The notes under the pieces: model-generated
What the model saw: only the letters and a program-made list of their open reading frames with translations
Databases searched by the model: none
Told to the model about the DNA's origin: nothing
Shown here: positions 23,806 through 32,000 of the stretch, piece after piece
Layout: every line of letters begins with the position of its first letter
How positions within the stretch are numbered: position 1 is the first letter of the stretch
Translations under genes and position numbers: made by a program
Source: an uncultured Fibrobacter sp.
GTDB lineage: Bacteria; Fibrobacterota; Fibrobacteria; Fibrobacterales; Fibrobacteraceae
Direction of reading: 5' to 3'
Assembly: GCA_934691725.1 (NCBI GenBank)
Contig: CAKUTF010000002.1
Coordinates: forward strand, 34,167 to 66,166
DNA: 32,000 nucleotides

Positions 23806-24990
23806 CTAATCCGGTATCAAATCCTCGACGATAGAATCCATCATCAGCCATCCGGCGCCAAGAAGTCGCAAAAGCGAACCGTCCCGTTCCAGATAGCCCT
23901 GTTCCATCCAGCGTTCTATCTTTTTTTCGGGAATTTTCACCGATTCCTCCAAGTCCAGCGCCTGCAAATCCAAACCGTCCCGTGTCCGCAGCGAAAGCCA
24001 GATGCGTTCCTCGACGCGTTCCTTTTTTCCGATTGCATCCTTTTCAAGCCCGGAATCCGGACAGCCTTCTTCGACCCAGCGTTTCCAGGCGATGTAGCGG
24101 GCGGGCGAAGCCGAACGGAAGCATCCGTCAAAGCTGTGGGCTCCCGGACCAAGTCCGAGATACTCGCCGCGTCGCCAGTAGTTCCGGTTATGCAAGCCTT
24201 CCTCGCCAGGCCTTGCAAAGTTCGATACCTCGTAGCGTTCGATTCCGTTTTCCTGCAAAATGCAAGCACCCGCTTCGTACATTTCGGGATAAAGATTTTC
24301 ATCGAGGGAGAAGCGCCCTTTCCGCATCCGATTTTCGAGAACCGTATTCGCTCCGAGCGTAAGCCCGTAAAAGCTCACATGCCCGATACCCGATTGTGCA
24401 AGCTCCGAAACGTCCGACCGAAACCGTTCGAGACTTTGCCCCGGAAGCCAGAACATGAGATCCGCCGAAGCGCGAGTTCCCGTTTCCCGCGTGAACTTGA
24501 CGAGCCTTGCAAGAGCTTCGCGATTTTCCCGTGACGTTCCGCGCCGACCGATCGCCTGCAGCAGGGAATCGTCAAAAGTCTGCAGCCCGAGACTGAAGCG
24601 GTTTACGCCGAGCGAAAAGGCTTTTTCGAGAAATTCAAAGTTCGCCGAATCCGGGTTGCATTCGATGTTCACTTCCAGAAGTTTCGAAAAATCCACGCCC
24701 AGTGTTCCAAGTCCGCGGACAAGCTTCGCAAGTTCCGACGCCGGAAGCTCGCTCGGCGTCCCGCCGCCCAAGTAGGACGTAGAAAATTCCGAGACGCCGA
24801 ATTTCCACCCGGAAAGCCGCAGTTCCGCTTCGCGGAGAAGCAACTCCACATATTCGGAAAAGAGCCGCGCCGATCCGGGAACTGTCGCAAAGTCGCAGTA
24901 ACCGCAGATTTTTTTGCAAAACGGAACATGAATATAAAGTCCTTTCATCGAATCCGAATATATATTATGCGCGTGGGAAAACGTTTTCAA
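23806..24990 (-). CDS. hemW: radical SAM heme chaperone HemW / oxygen-independent coproporphyrinogen-III oxidase-like protein
   Basis: 394 aa. Radical SAM cluster motif LYIHVPFCKKICGYCDF (CxxxCxxC) and a HemN-like C-terminal domain. The start may instead be ATG at 24948 (MKGLYIHVPFC), which matches the usual short N-terminus of this family. Confidence 0.88.
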   Translation of the reverse strand: MKTFSHAHNIYSDSMKGLYIHVPFCKKICGYCDFATVPGSARLFSEYVELLLREAELRLSGWKFGVSEFSTSYLGGGTPSELPASELAKLVRGLGTLGVDFSKLLEVNIECNPDSANFEFLEKAFSLGVNRFSLGLQTFDDSLLQAIGRRGTSRENREALARLVKFTRETGTRASADLMFWLPGQSLERFRSDVSELAQSGIGHVSFYGLTLGANTVLENRMRKGRFSLDENLYPEMYEAGACILQENGIERYEVSNFARPGEEGLHNRNYWRRGEYLGLGPGAHSFDGCFRSASPARYIAWKRWVEEGCPDSGLEKDAIGKKERVEERIWLSLRTRDGLDLQALDLEESVKIPEKKIERWMEQGYLERDGSLLRLLGAGWLMMDSIVEDLIPD

Positions 24991-25146
24991 ATCAAGTCGC
25001 TTTTCAAGAAAAGGATGCCATCCGTCCTGTTTTTTGTCCTGGCGGGAACCGTCCTCATCCTAGCGTCCGTTCTTCTCTTCGGACCTTCGTACAAGGATAT
25101 TTTCCTTGCGCTGATGCTGTGGAGCCTCCCCCTTTTTTTACATTGA
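24967..25146 (+). CDS. possible small membrane protein upstream of the cyclase (start uncertain; 25015 is an alternative)
   Basis: A basic N-terminus is followed by two hydrophobic segments (VLFFVLAGTVLILASVLLF and IFLALMLWSLPLFL). It ends 6 nt before the cyclase ATG. There is no homology evidence. Confidence 0.3.
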   Translation: MRVGKRFQIKSLFKKRMPSVLFFVLAGTVLILASVLLFGPSYKDIFLALMLWSLPLFLH

Positions 25147-25152
25147 CGTCCG

Positions 25153-26259
25153 ATGTCACTCTTTAGTTCCAGACTCCAGAAGAGAAAGATCAAGTCCATC
25201 GCGTTCTATGTGGCAATCTGGATTTTTTTCAGTCTCCTGTTTTTCTTTTTCCACTTCTACGGTTCGCCCAAGGCTTCCGACCCGGTTCTCTACCTGACCG
25301 CTATCCAGTTCGCCATCCTGACCGGACTTTCCCACGGAATCTACGACGTGATAATTCTCCGCGACGACCGCGATCCGCGACCGATTCCCGCCGCGATGCT
25401 CATCCGGCTCGGATACTTTACGGCTACGGTTTTCATCGACATTGCGATTTGTGTCCTGGTTTTCAACTGGTACGAGGACGGAGCCTTTATCGATGAACGC
25501 GGGTTGGAACTTTTACAACGCGCATTCCGAGAACCGGCGATCCAGGCGTTTGCCCTCTACGGGATTTTTTCGGGATTCTTTATCACGTTCATCCGTTCCG
25601 TAAACAAGAAGTTCGGGGCAAACGTATTCATCAACACGCTTCTCGGAAAGACCCAGGAGCCAAGAGAAGTCGGGCTGGTATTCATGTTCGTCGATTTGCG
25701 AAATTCCACACGGCTCGCCGAAGAAATGGGACATGTCCAATACAGCCGTTTCATGAAAGAGTATTACCGGCTACTTTCCAACTGCTGCGAGGAAAACGAC
25801 GGGGAAATCTACCAGATAGCCGGGGACGGCGTCTTTCTCACATGGCCTCTTGCCGCCTCCCGAAAGATTGCAAAGCCCATCCTGTGCTTCGAAGATCTCA
25901 AGCGGTGCTTTTTCCGCACCCGCAAGAGATTCCTTTCGGAATTCGGGCACTACCCGACTTTCAAGGCCGCGGCGCACTGGGGAAAGGTTATCATGACCGA
26001 AGTCGGAAACTTCCGGAGCGAGATAGCCTACCACGGAGACGCTATCAACACGACGTCCCGCTTGCAGGACCTCTGCAGCCGCCTAGGCGAAGAATTCCTG
26101 ATTTCGAGGGAGCTTCTGCAGGAACTTCCAAATGTCGGGAAATACAGCCCGCTCCCCAAGGGACCTTTCGAGCTCAAGGGCAAGAGCAGCGAAACATTCG
26201 TCTATGCTTTGCACTTCGAGGATACGGAAACTTCGCCGGCAGAATTCCAGAACAAATAG
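25153..26259 (+). CDS. membrane-anchored class III adenylate/guanylate cyclase
   Basis: 368 aa with about 4 N-terminal TM helices. Cyclase homology domain blocks: VFMFVDLRNSTRLAE, YQIAGDGVFLTW, AYHGDAINTTSRLQ. Confidence 0.88.
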   Translation: MSLFSSRLQKRKIKSIAFYVAIWIFFSLLFFFFHFYGSPKASDPVLYLTAIQFAILTGLSHGIYDVIILRDDRDPRPIPAAMLIRLGYFTATVFIDIAICVLVFNWYEDGAFIDERGLELLQRAFREPAIQAFALYGIFSGFFITFIRSVNKKFGANVFINTLLGKTQEPREVGLVFMFVDLRNSTRLAEEMGHVQYSRFMKEYYRLLSNCCEENDGEIYQIAGDGVFLTWPLAASRKIAKPILCFEDLKRCFFRTRKRFLSEFGHYPTFKAAAHWGKVIMTEVGNFRSEIAYHGDAINTTSRLQDLCSRLGEEFLISRELLQELPNVGKYSPLPKGPFELKGKSSETFVYALHFEDTETSPAEFQNK

Positions 26260-26262
26260 GAG

Positions 26263-27846
26263 ATGACGATGATCGGAAAGGTAAATGACGATTTTTTCAC
26301 CAAGGCGATTCTCGCAAAGACCGGATGCGCAAACGCCAAAGTCGTAATCGGTCCGTCGATGGGCGTGGATTCCGCAATCCTAAAGGTTCCCGGAGGCTTC
26401 ATGGCTATCGCCGAAGACCCGATTTTTCCGTCCGTCCGCATGACACCGAAGGATTTTGCCTACGTCACGGTCCACATCGGCGCAAGCGACGTCGCCGTCA
26501 TGGGCATCAAGCCGGAGTTCATGACTTATTCGCTCCTGCTCCCGCCGGACACGAAACAGGATTACATTGCAAGGCTCATCGCAGAAATCAGCGCCGAGGC
26601 GAAACGCCAAGGGATCGCTATCGTCGGAGGACACACGGGCTACTACGGAGCGGTCACCTGCCCGACCATCGGAGGAATCTCGGTCTGGGGCTACGGCAAG
26701 AAATACGTTTCGCCCAAAGGCGCCAAGGCTGGCGACAACCTGGTGATTACCAAGGGAGTAGCCATCGAGGCGGCAGCCCTCCTGGGTTTTGAACTGGGCG
26801 AAGCGCTCAAGGGAAAGCTCGACAGCAAGGATATCCGGCGCGCCGCCAAAAGGATGAAGGAAATTTCCGTCGTCAAGGATGCGGAAATCGCTTCGCGCTT
26901 TCGGGGCGTCCATGCGATGCACGATGCGACGGAAGGCGGAACCAAGCGCGGCGTCTGGGAAGTCGCCGAGGCTTCCGGAAAAGGCGTCCTGCTCGATACG
27001 GATTCATACAAGATTCCCCAGGACGTCGAAAACATCTGCCGGATTTTCGGACTCGACCCGTGGGAAATCATCAGCGAGGGAACGCTCGTCATCGCCGTTT
27101 CCCCAAAAGACACAAAACCGCTTCAAAAGGCGCTGGCCGCCGAGGGAATCGAGAGCGCGGTCATCGGAAAATTTACCGACAGAAAGTCCGGGCGGAAAAT
27201 GCTTCGAAACGGGAAGAAAGAAAACTTCCTGCCGCCGGCCAAGGATTTTTTCTGGGACGTTTTCTTCAACGCGGCGAACATACTCTCGCAGGGAAATGTC
27301 GAAGGCTCGCTTTCCGAAAGCGACAGGCTCTGTCGCGACCTCAAGGCTTGCGTCGATAGATTGAAAGCGGCGAACATCTACAAGATGCTCCCGGAGATAG
27401 GGATGAACATCGGCTACACGGAATCGGGAACGTCTAGGGAAGATGTGTGCGCTGTTCCCGGGCGAATTTTTCGCGTCGAAAACGAAACCTATTCCGTCCG
27501 AGAACCCAAGATGGGTATCAGCGTCTATATGGCGGACACGCTTCTTTCTATCCGGAAGAAATTTCCCGAAGCGAAATGCGTCGCCGATTTTCGCAACAAC
27601 CCGAAAATCCTTTCCGCCTGCAAAAAGGCGAAATTCCGAATCGTAGAAATGCCCACGCCCAAGGATTACTGGCAACGCGGAAACGATTACGACCGGGATT
27701 TAGAAAGCGTCATCGCCAAGGCTCCCGCCTTGCCGGATATCATCACGATTCCGGACCGGATCAATCTCGAAAAGCTGATTCTCGTCGTCGGGAAATCCCT
27801 AGAAGACTTCGAGCGGAAAGTCCTGAAAATCAACAGCGCACTGTAA
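26263..27846 (+). CDS. AIR-synthase-related (PurM/ThiL/HypE superfamily) protein fused to a ThiN-like thiamine-phosphate synthase domain
   Basis: 527 aa. The N-terminal ~330 aa show PurM-superfamily blocks (GVDSAILKV, HIGASDVAVMGIKPEFMTYSLLLP, GIAIVGGHTG). The C-terminal ~190 aa match my recollection of the ThiN domain (LPEIGMNIGY, DVCAVPGRI, ADFRNNP, PDIITIPDR ... EKLILVVGKSLEDF). The start may be the third codon, ATG 26269, which is better spaced from AGGAG at 26258-26262. Confidence 0.85.
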   Translation: MTMIGKVNDDFFTKAILAKTGCANAKVVIGPSMGVDSAILKVPGGFMAIAEDPIFPSVRMTPKDFAYVTVHIGASDVAVMGIKPEFMTYSLLLPPDTKQDYIARLIAEISAEAKRQGIAIVGGHTGYYGAVTCPTIGGISVWGYGKKYVSPKGAKAGDNLVITKGVAIEAAALLGFELGEALKGKLDSKDIRRAAKRMKEISVVKDAEIASRFRGVHAMHDATEGGTKRGVWEVAEASGKGVLLDTDSYKIPQDVENICRIFGLDPWEIISEGTLVIAVSPKDTKPLQKALAAEGIESAVIGKFTDRKSGRKMLRNGKKENFLPPAKDFFWDVFFNAANILSQGNVEGSLSESDRLCRDLKACVDRLKAANIYKMLPEIGMNIGYTESGTSREDVCAVPGRIFRVENETYSVREPKMGISVYMADTLLSIRKKFPEAKCVADFRNNPKILSACKKAKFRIVEMPTPKDYWQRGNDYDRDLESVIAKAPALPDIITIPDRINLEKLILVVGKSLEDFERKVLKINSAL

Positions 27847-27994
27847 TTTTCCCCTGCGGATTCAGGCGTTCCGAAAGGCTGAAGGTCAAAGCTTTCAGAA
27901 CTTGTTTTCATGTATGTCGGAGCATAGCTCGACAAGCTCGCTAGCCTGTCATTATCGGACGAGATTCCCTTGTCAAGCAAGGGAATGACATCAT

Positions 27995-28078
27995 CCCGCT
28001 AAACGCTTCCCAAAAGTTTAAATGTCCACGGCTCTGACCACTGCTCACTGACCACTAGCCACTGAACCTAGACGTCTG
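27995..28078 (-). repeat. second heptad element with the conserved 28-nt core
   Basis: The minus strand reads: cagacgt c taggtt cagtggc tagtggt cagtgag cagtggt cagagcc gtggaca tttaaac ttttggg aagcgtt tagcggg. Five YAG heptads are in exact phase (28030-28064). The core at 28009-28036 matches 16153-16180 at 23 of 28 positions. Confidence 0.8.
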
Positions 28079-28101
28079 CGGTTTCTTATGAAGACATTCT
28101 C

Positions 28102-28755
28102 TCAGCCTTCCCTTTTAAACTTCGCATGTCCCGATTCAAAGGCGCGCCGAAGATTTTCCGTAGCGAGCTTCGGGTCTTTCGCCGACATGATTTCCGAAAC
28201 CACGGCAAGCCCGTCAACACCGGAAGCAGCGACATCTTCGGCATTCGACAGATGGATTCCCCCGATAGCGACCAGCGGATGCCGCGAAAGGGACGCCGCC
28301 TTCCGAAGCCCTTCCGGTCCTAGTCCCTCTGCGGCATCGAGCTTTGTCGTCGTCGCAAAAGCCTGGAACGCGACATAATCTACATCGTAATCGTTCGCCG
28401 CGACAAGTTCCTCGTAGTTATCCGTCGAAAGCCCGATGATTTTATCCTTTCCGAGCAAGCGTCTCGCAACCGGATACGGCAAATCGCTCTGCCCGATGTG
28501 AAGACCGTCCGCATCGACAGCGAGCGCGATGTCTAGCCTGTCGTTGATGATAAGCGGCACGCCCGTTCCCGACAGCGTTTTTTTTAACTTCAAGGCAAGC
28601 TCGTAAAATTCGAGCGAAGAACACTCCTTTTCGCGGAGCTGGACAATGCCCACGCCACCGCGGAGCGATTCTTCCACGACCCTTTCAATCGGACGACCGA
28701 GCGAAAGTCCACGATCCGTTACCAGATAAACGTTAAGGTATTCCTTTGCGTCCAT
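28102..28755 (-). CDS. thiE: thiamine-phosphate synthase
   Basis: 217 aa. ThiE blocks: VYLVTD, IVQLREKE, LIINDRLDIALAVDADGLHIGQSDLP, PLVAIGGI, GVDGLAVVSEI. SD AAGGAG sits 5 nt upstream of the ATG. Confidence 0.92.
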   Translation of the reverse strand: MDAKEYLNVYLVTDRGLSLGRPIERVVEESLRGGVGIVQLREKECSSLEFYELALKLKKTLSGTGVPLIINDRLDIALAVDADGLHIGQSDLPYPVARRLLGKDKIIGLSTDNYEELVAANDYDVDYVAFQAFATTTKLDAAEGLGPEGLRKAASLSRHPLVAIGGIHLSNAEDVAASGVDGLAVVSEIMSAKDPKLATENLRRAFESGHAKFKREG

Positions 28756-28787
28756 AAAAACTCCTTGTTTTTCGATTTTTCGCCTCC

Positions 28788-28816
28788 AATATACTCAAGC
28801 ATCCACCGGTTTTCAA
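28788..28816 (-). promoter_or_regulatory. sigma70-type promoter for thiE
   Basis: The minus strand reads TTGAAA, a 17-nt spacer, then TATATT. The predicted leader is only ~25-30 nt, so there is no room for a TPP riboswitch. Confidence 0.45.
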
Positions 28817-28845
28817 AAAAAATCACATTTCTTTTCACATATCCC

Positions 28846-28874
28846 TTGACAGGCCTATTTTTTTTATCTATAAT
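28846..28874 (+). promoter_or_regulatory. consensus sigma70 promoter for tRNA-Gly
   Basis: TTGACA (28846-28851), an exact 17-nt spacer, then TATAAT (28869-28874). The tRNA 5' end lies 13 nt downstream. Confidence 0.65.
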
Positions 28875-28886
28875 TGGGTCGTCCTC

Positions 28887-28959
<73 letters not shown>

Positions 28960-28967
28960 CTTTAAAA

Positions 28968-28990
28968 GCCCCACATCTGTGGGGCTTTTT
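28968..28990 (+). terminator. intrinsic terminator after tRNA-Gly
   Basis: Perfect hairpin GCCCCAC-ATCT-GTGGGGC followed by TTTTT. Confidence 0.8.
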
Positions 28991-29043
28991 CATTGTTTCA
29001 AAACGCTCAGTCAACCTGCATTTTCTTTTGCTATTTTAAATAT

Positions 29044-30342
29044 ATGCTCCAAAAGATTTATATTCGCCACCTGGATGATTTTATCGGCAAGGACGTCGAA
29101 CTTTCGGGCTGGGCCACTCATGTCCGAAGCTCCGGAAAAGTCAGCTTCATCCAATTCCGGGACGGCACGGGATTTGTCCAGGTTGTCGCCAGCGTAAACG
29201 ACGTTCCCGAAGAGAACTTCGAACTTATCAAGCACCTTCCGCAGGAAAGCTCGGTCCGCATCCGGGGAAAGGTCGTTTCGCAGCCCAAGTCCCCGACAGG
29301 CGTAGAAGTCATCGCCTCCCACGTAGAGCTTGTATCCAGGACGGAAAATTACCCGATATCTCCCAAGGAGCACGGGACGGACTTTTTAATGGACTTGCGC
29401 CACCTGTGGATCCGCAGCCCGCGCGAACACGCCATTCTCACCATCCGGCATCACATCGTCCAGGCGATTCGCGAATACTTCGATTCCCGGGACTTCACGC
29501 TCGTCGATGCGCCGATCTTTACGCCCAACGAATGCGAAGGTTCCAGCACGCTCTTCAGCACGCCCTATTTCGACAGCACCGCCTATCTTTCGCAAAGCGG
29601 CCAGCTCTACATGGAAGCGGCCTGTGCGGCATTCGGTAGAGCCTACTGCTTCGGTCCGACATTCCGCGCCGAAAATTCAAACACGCGGCGTCACCTGACA
29701 GAATTCTGGATGGTCGAACCCGAAGTCGCTTACATGGACCTCGACGGAGATATCGAACTTGCCGAAGGCCTTGTACAGGCAATCGTCCAGAAAGTTCTCT
29801 CCGAAAACACCCGGGAACTAAAAATTCTCGGTCGCGACACCAAGGTTCTCGAAATTACCGCGAACGAACCGTTCGCCCGCATCAGCTACACAGACGCCGT
29901 AAAGATCATCCAGGACTCCGGGGTTTCATTCCAATGGGGAGACGATTTCGGCGGTGCGGACGAAACCATCGTCGGAAAGCATTTCGAAAGACCCGTCGTC
30001 GTCTATGACTATCCCGCGGAAATCAAGCCTTTCTACATGAAGCGCAGCGCGGAAAATCCGAAAGTCGTCCGCAATATGGACATTCTCGCTCCGGAAGGAT
30101 TCGGGGAAATCATCGGAGGTGGCCAACGCGAAGAAGATCTCGTGACGCTCGAAGCGTCCATCAGAAAGCAGGGACTTTCGCCCGAAACGTATTCCTGGTA
30201 CCTGGATGTTCGCCGCTACGGTTCCGTCCCTCATGCGGGATTCGGGCTAGGCCTTGAACGGACCGTCGCCTGGATTTGCAACCTGCCCCATGTCCGGGAA
30301 ACGGGCGCCTTTCCTCGCCTTCCCCACCGGCTAAAGCCCTGA
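29044..30342 (+). CDS. asnS: asparagine--tRNA ligase
   Basis: 432 aa from ATG 29044 (MLQKIYIRHL...). N-terminal OB-fold anticodon-binding domain and class II motifs, with the AsnRS-typical FRAENSNTRRHLTEFWMVEPE and GGGQREED ... GFGLGLER. The 17-codon upstream extension in the ORF track starts 3 nt after the tRNA terminator, so I reject it. Confidence 0.93.
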   Translation: MLQKIYIRHLDDFIGKDVELSGWATHVRSSGKVSFIQFRDGTGFVQVVASVNDVPEENFELIKHLPQESSVRIRGKVVSQPKSPTGVEVIASHVELVSRTENYPISPKEHGTDFLMDLRHLWIRSPREHAILTIRHHIVQAIREYFDSRDFTLVDAPIFTPNECEGSSTLFSTPYFDSTAYLSQSGQLYMEAACAAFGRAYCFGPTFRAENSNTRRHLTEFWMVEPEVAYMDLDGDIELAEGLVQAIVQKVLSENTRELKILGRDTKVLEITANEPFARISYTDAVKIIQDSGVSFQWGDDFGGADETIVGKHFERPVVVYDYPAEIKPFYMKRSAENPKVVRNMDILAPEGFGEIIGGGQREEDLVTLEASIRKQGLSPETYSWYLDVRRYGSVPHAGFGLGLERTVAWICNLPHVRETGAFPRLPHRLKP

Positions 30343-30398
30343 TTGACTTTTAAAGTGCCTTTTTATATTTTACAATCCGTTCTGAATAGGAGTTTTGA

Positions 30399-30938
30399 AT
30401 GCGTTTTTCGGTAAAAGCGATTGCGCTGGTTGCACTTTTTTCCATGTTTGCTTTTGGACAAACGGATGTTCCCAAACAGGAAGTCCCGACCTTGCAAAAG
30501 GATTCCACAGGAACCCCGATGAAAATCGACTTTATGCAGACACTCGCCGGGGTAAACGATCCGGGAATGCTCTTCGCCCATTTCAGCGGCAAGCCTCTTG
30601 TCATCTACTATTTCAGCCCGAAATGCCCGCATTGCCAAGCGAGCTTTCCCGAGATGCAAAATCTCATCAAGAAATACGAACCGAAAGGGCTGACGGGAAT
30701 AGGAATTTCCATCGGCGGAGGCATCAAGAAGAACGATGTGCGCCTTTTCATCGACCAGTTCAACGCGACGTTTCCCATTTTCCAGGACGTGAACGCCAAG
30801 TTCGGTCCCGCCTACGGAACAGGCTACGTTCCCGTCGTCTTCATCGTAAACAAGGACGGGACTTTTTACCGCTTCGGCGACCTGTCCAAAAAAAATTTCG
30901 AACAGGTCGATTCGCTTTTGAAGACGATGTTTCCTTGA
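30399..30938 (+). CDS. secreted TlpA/ResA-like thiol-disulfide oxidoreductase (thioredoxin fold)
   Basis: 179 aa with a signal peptide. CxxC active site in VIYYFSPKCPHCQASFPEM and a redoxin-like YVPVVFIVNKDG. AGGAG sits 6 nt upstream of the ATG, and a TTGACT -35-like hexamer is at 30343. Confidence 0.85.
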   Translation: MRFSVKAIALVALFSMFAFGQTDVPKQEVPTLQKDSTGTPMKIDFMQTLAGVNDPGMLFAHFSGKPLVIYYFSPKCPHCQASFPEMQNLIKKYEPKGLTGIGISIGGGIKKNDVRLFIDQFNATFPIFQDVNAKFGPAYGTGYVPVVFIVNKDGTFYRFGDLSKKNFEQVDSLLKTMFP

Positions 30939-30955
30939 ATTTTCTCCTTGCAACG

Positions 30956-30989
30956 AAAATCGCGCGGTTCAAGGAACCGCGCGATTTTT
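30956..30989. terminator. bidirectional intrinsic terminator between convergent genes
   Basis: Perfect 15-bp inverted repeat AAAATCGCGCGGTTC-AAG-GAACCGCGCGATTTT. The core is GC-rich, with an A-tract on one side and a T-tract on the other. Confidence 0.85.
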
Positions 30990-31009
30990 CGCTTTAAACC
31001 GGGTTTTCG

Positions 31010-32000
31010 CTACCAGACGAACTTCACGTCCGAAAGCCTGCGCTTGATCTCTTCCATCAAGGCTGCTTCCGAAGTCTCCGAATCCGCCGTGAATGTAACG
31101 CTGAAACGGATAAAGTGCCCCGCATCGTCCCAAGGAACCGTTGATATCTGCTTTTCGCGGATCAGCCACTGCGAAAAATCCTCGGCGCTCGAAAAACTTT
31201 CCCCACATTCGATTCCTTTCGGAGCTTGCGCATAGAGGTAAAAGCTTCCCTTCGGTTTTTTCACTTTGAAACCGACATCGGAAAGGGCCTTGACCAGTAA
31301 ATCGTGCCGCCTGGAATACTTCGCCACGGTCCTCTCCGTAATCGACGGTGTAGAAAGAGCCTCGACGCCCGCATATTGGATAGCCTTGAACTGCCCTGAA
31401 TCGTTGTTGTCCTTGACACACGCAAAGCCTTTCACGACCTTTTCGTTTCCCGCGACAAAGCCCAGACGCCAGCCCGTCATGTTGAACGCCTTCGAAAGGG
31501 ACTGGATTTCCACGCCGACTTCCTTCGCCCCGGGAACGGAGAGAAAACTGAGCGGAGCGTAGCCGTCAAAGGTAAGCGCCGCATAGGCCGCATCGGACAC
31601 GACGACTACATGGTTTTTCCGGGCAAAATCGACGACCTTTTCGAAAAATTCGGGAGTCGCCACGGCTCCCGTCGGATTGTTCGGGTAATTGATGTAGAGA
31701 AGTTTCGCACGCTTCGCTATTTCTGCAGGGACGCTCGACAGATCCGGCAAAAAATCGTTTTCGGGGAGAAGCGGAAGCGGATAGACTTCTCCGCCAAGGA
31801 ATCGGGTCATCGTTCCGAGAACTCCATACCCGGGAACCGTCACAATGGAAACATCGCCTGGATTGATAAAGGCCTGCGGAATCATCGCAAGAGCGGGCTT
31901 CGAACCAATGCTGTGACAAATTTCATTCTGCGGATCGAGGTCGCGGACGCCGAAAACGGATTCCATGTACTTCGCAGCCGCTTCCTGGAACGGCAAGATT
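31010..32000 (-). CDS. PLP-dependent aminotransferase class I/II (possibly LL-diaminopimelate aminotransferase type), N-terminus outside the window
   Basis: At least 328 aa with the frame open to the window edge. Blocks present: YINYPNNPTGAV, VVVSDAAYAALTFDG, and the PLP-lysine block SLSKAFNMTGWRLGFV. Confidence 0.88.
   Translation of the reverse strand, partial: ILPFQEAAAKYMESVFGVRDLDPQNEICHSIGSKPALAMIPQAFINPGDVSIVTVPGYGVLGTMTRFLGGEVYPLPLLPENDFLPDLSSVPAEIAKRAKLLYINYPNNPTGAVATPEFFEKVVDFARKNHVVVVSDAAYAALTFDGYAPLSFLSVPGAKEVGVEIQSLSKAFNMTGWRLGFVAGNEKVVKGFACVKDNNDSGQFKAIQYAGVEALSTPSITERTVAKYSRRHDLLVKALSDVGFKVKKPKGSFYLYAQAPKGIECGESFSSAEDFSQWLIREKQISTVPWDDAGHFIRFSVTFTADSETSEAALMEEIKRRLSDVKFVW

Noticed and set aside
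27879-27908. Terminator for the AIRS-ThiN gene (ctgaaggt-caaa-gctttcag followed by aacttgtttt).
   Set aside because: The 8-bp stem needs two G.U pairs and the T-run is interrupted. This is possible but not convincing.
28756-28886. TPP riboswitch upstream of thiE.
   Set aside because: No CTGAGA / ACCTGATCTGGATAATGCC-like core is present. The predicted promoter leaves only a ~25-30-nt leader.
28993-29043. 17-codon N-terminal extension of asnS in the ORF track.
   Set aside because: It starts 3 nt after the tRNA-Gly terminator T-tract and encodes an implausible Phe/Cys-rich peptide. The AsnRS-like sequence begins at ATG 29044.

Overview
Bacterial chromosomal window. Gene content and protein style suggest a Fibrobacter-like or FCB-superphylum organism, but I cannot verify that here. 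I support about 24 CDS, 2 tRNAs, several sigma70-type promoters and intrinsic terminators, one IS relic and several repeat structures.

Layout, left to right:
- 67-2040 (+): SAM-methyltransferase, ung, tRNA-Ala.
- 2219-7038 (-): a two-gene operon encoding a 1181-aa secreted alpha/beta-hydrolase with two CBM3-like modules and a translationally coupled lipoprotein. It is bracketed by ~50-nt inverted repeats and followed by an IS30-family relic.
- 7573-9119: a small secreted protein (-) and mltG (+).
- 9120-15719 (-): a tightly coupled six-gene operon. In transcription order it encodes a small membrane protein, an ABC ATPase, an ABC-2 permease, two degenerate PilT/GspE-like ATPases and a PlpD-like patatin beta-barrel protein.
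- 15814-16201: a ~390-bp non-coding stretch built from a 7-nt periodic NAG-N4 unit in two converging arrays.
- 16199-23681 (-): an operon of two giant paralogous secreted proteins plus a GGGPS-family (archaeal-type ether-lipid) prenyltransferase.
- 23806-32000: hemW; a class III nucleotidyl cyclase followed after 3 nt by an AIR-synthase-related/ThiN fusion; thiE; tRNA-Gly; asnS; a TlpA-like thioredoxin; and a truncated aminotransferase.

The most unusual signals are:
- the heptad (NAG-N4) arrays and their conserved 28-nt core, which recurs at 28009-28036;
- the inverted repeats flanking the hydrolase cassette;
- the ABC / pseudo-ATPase / patatin operon.

All calls come from reading the sequence and the ORF translations. 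No database search was possible.
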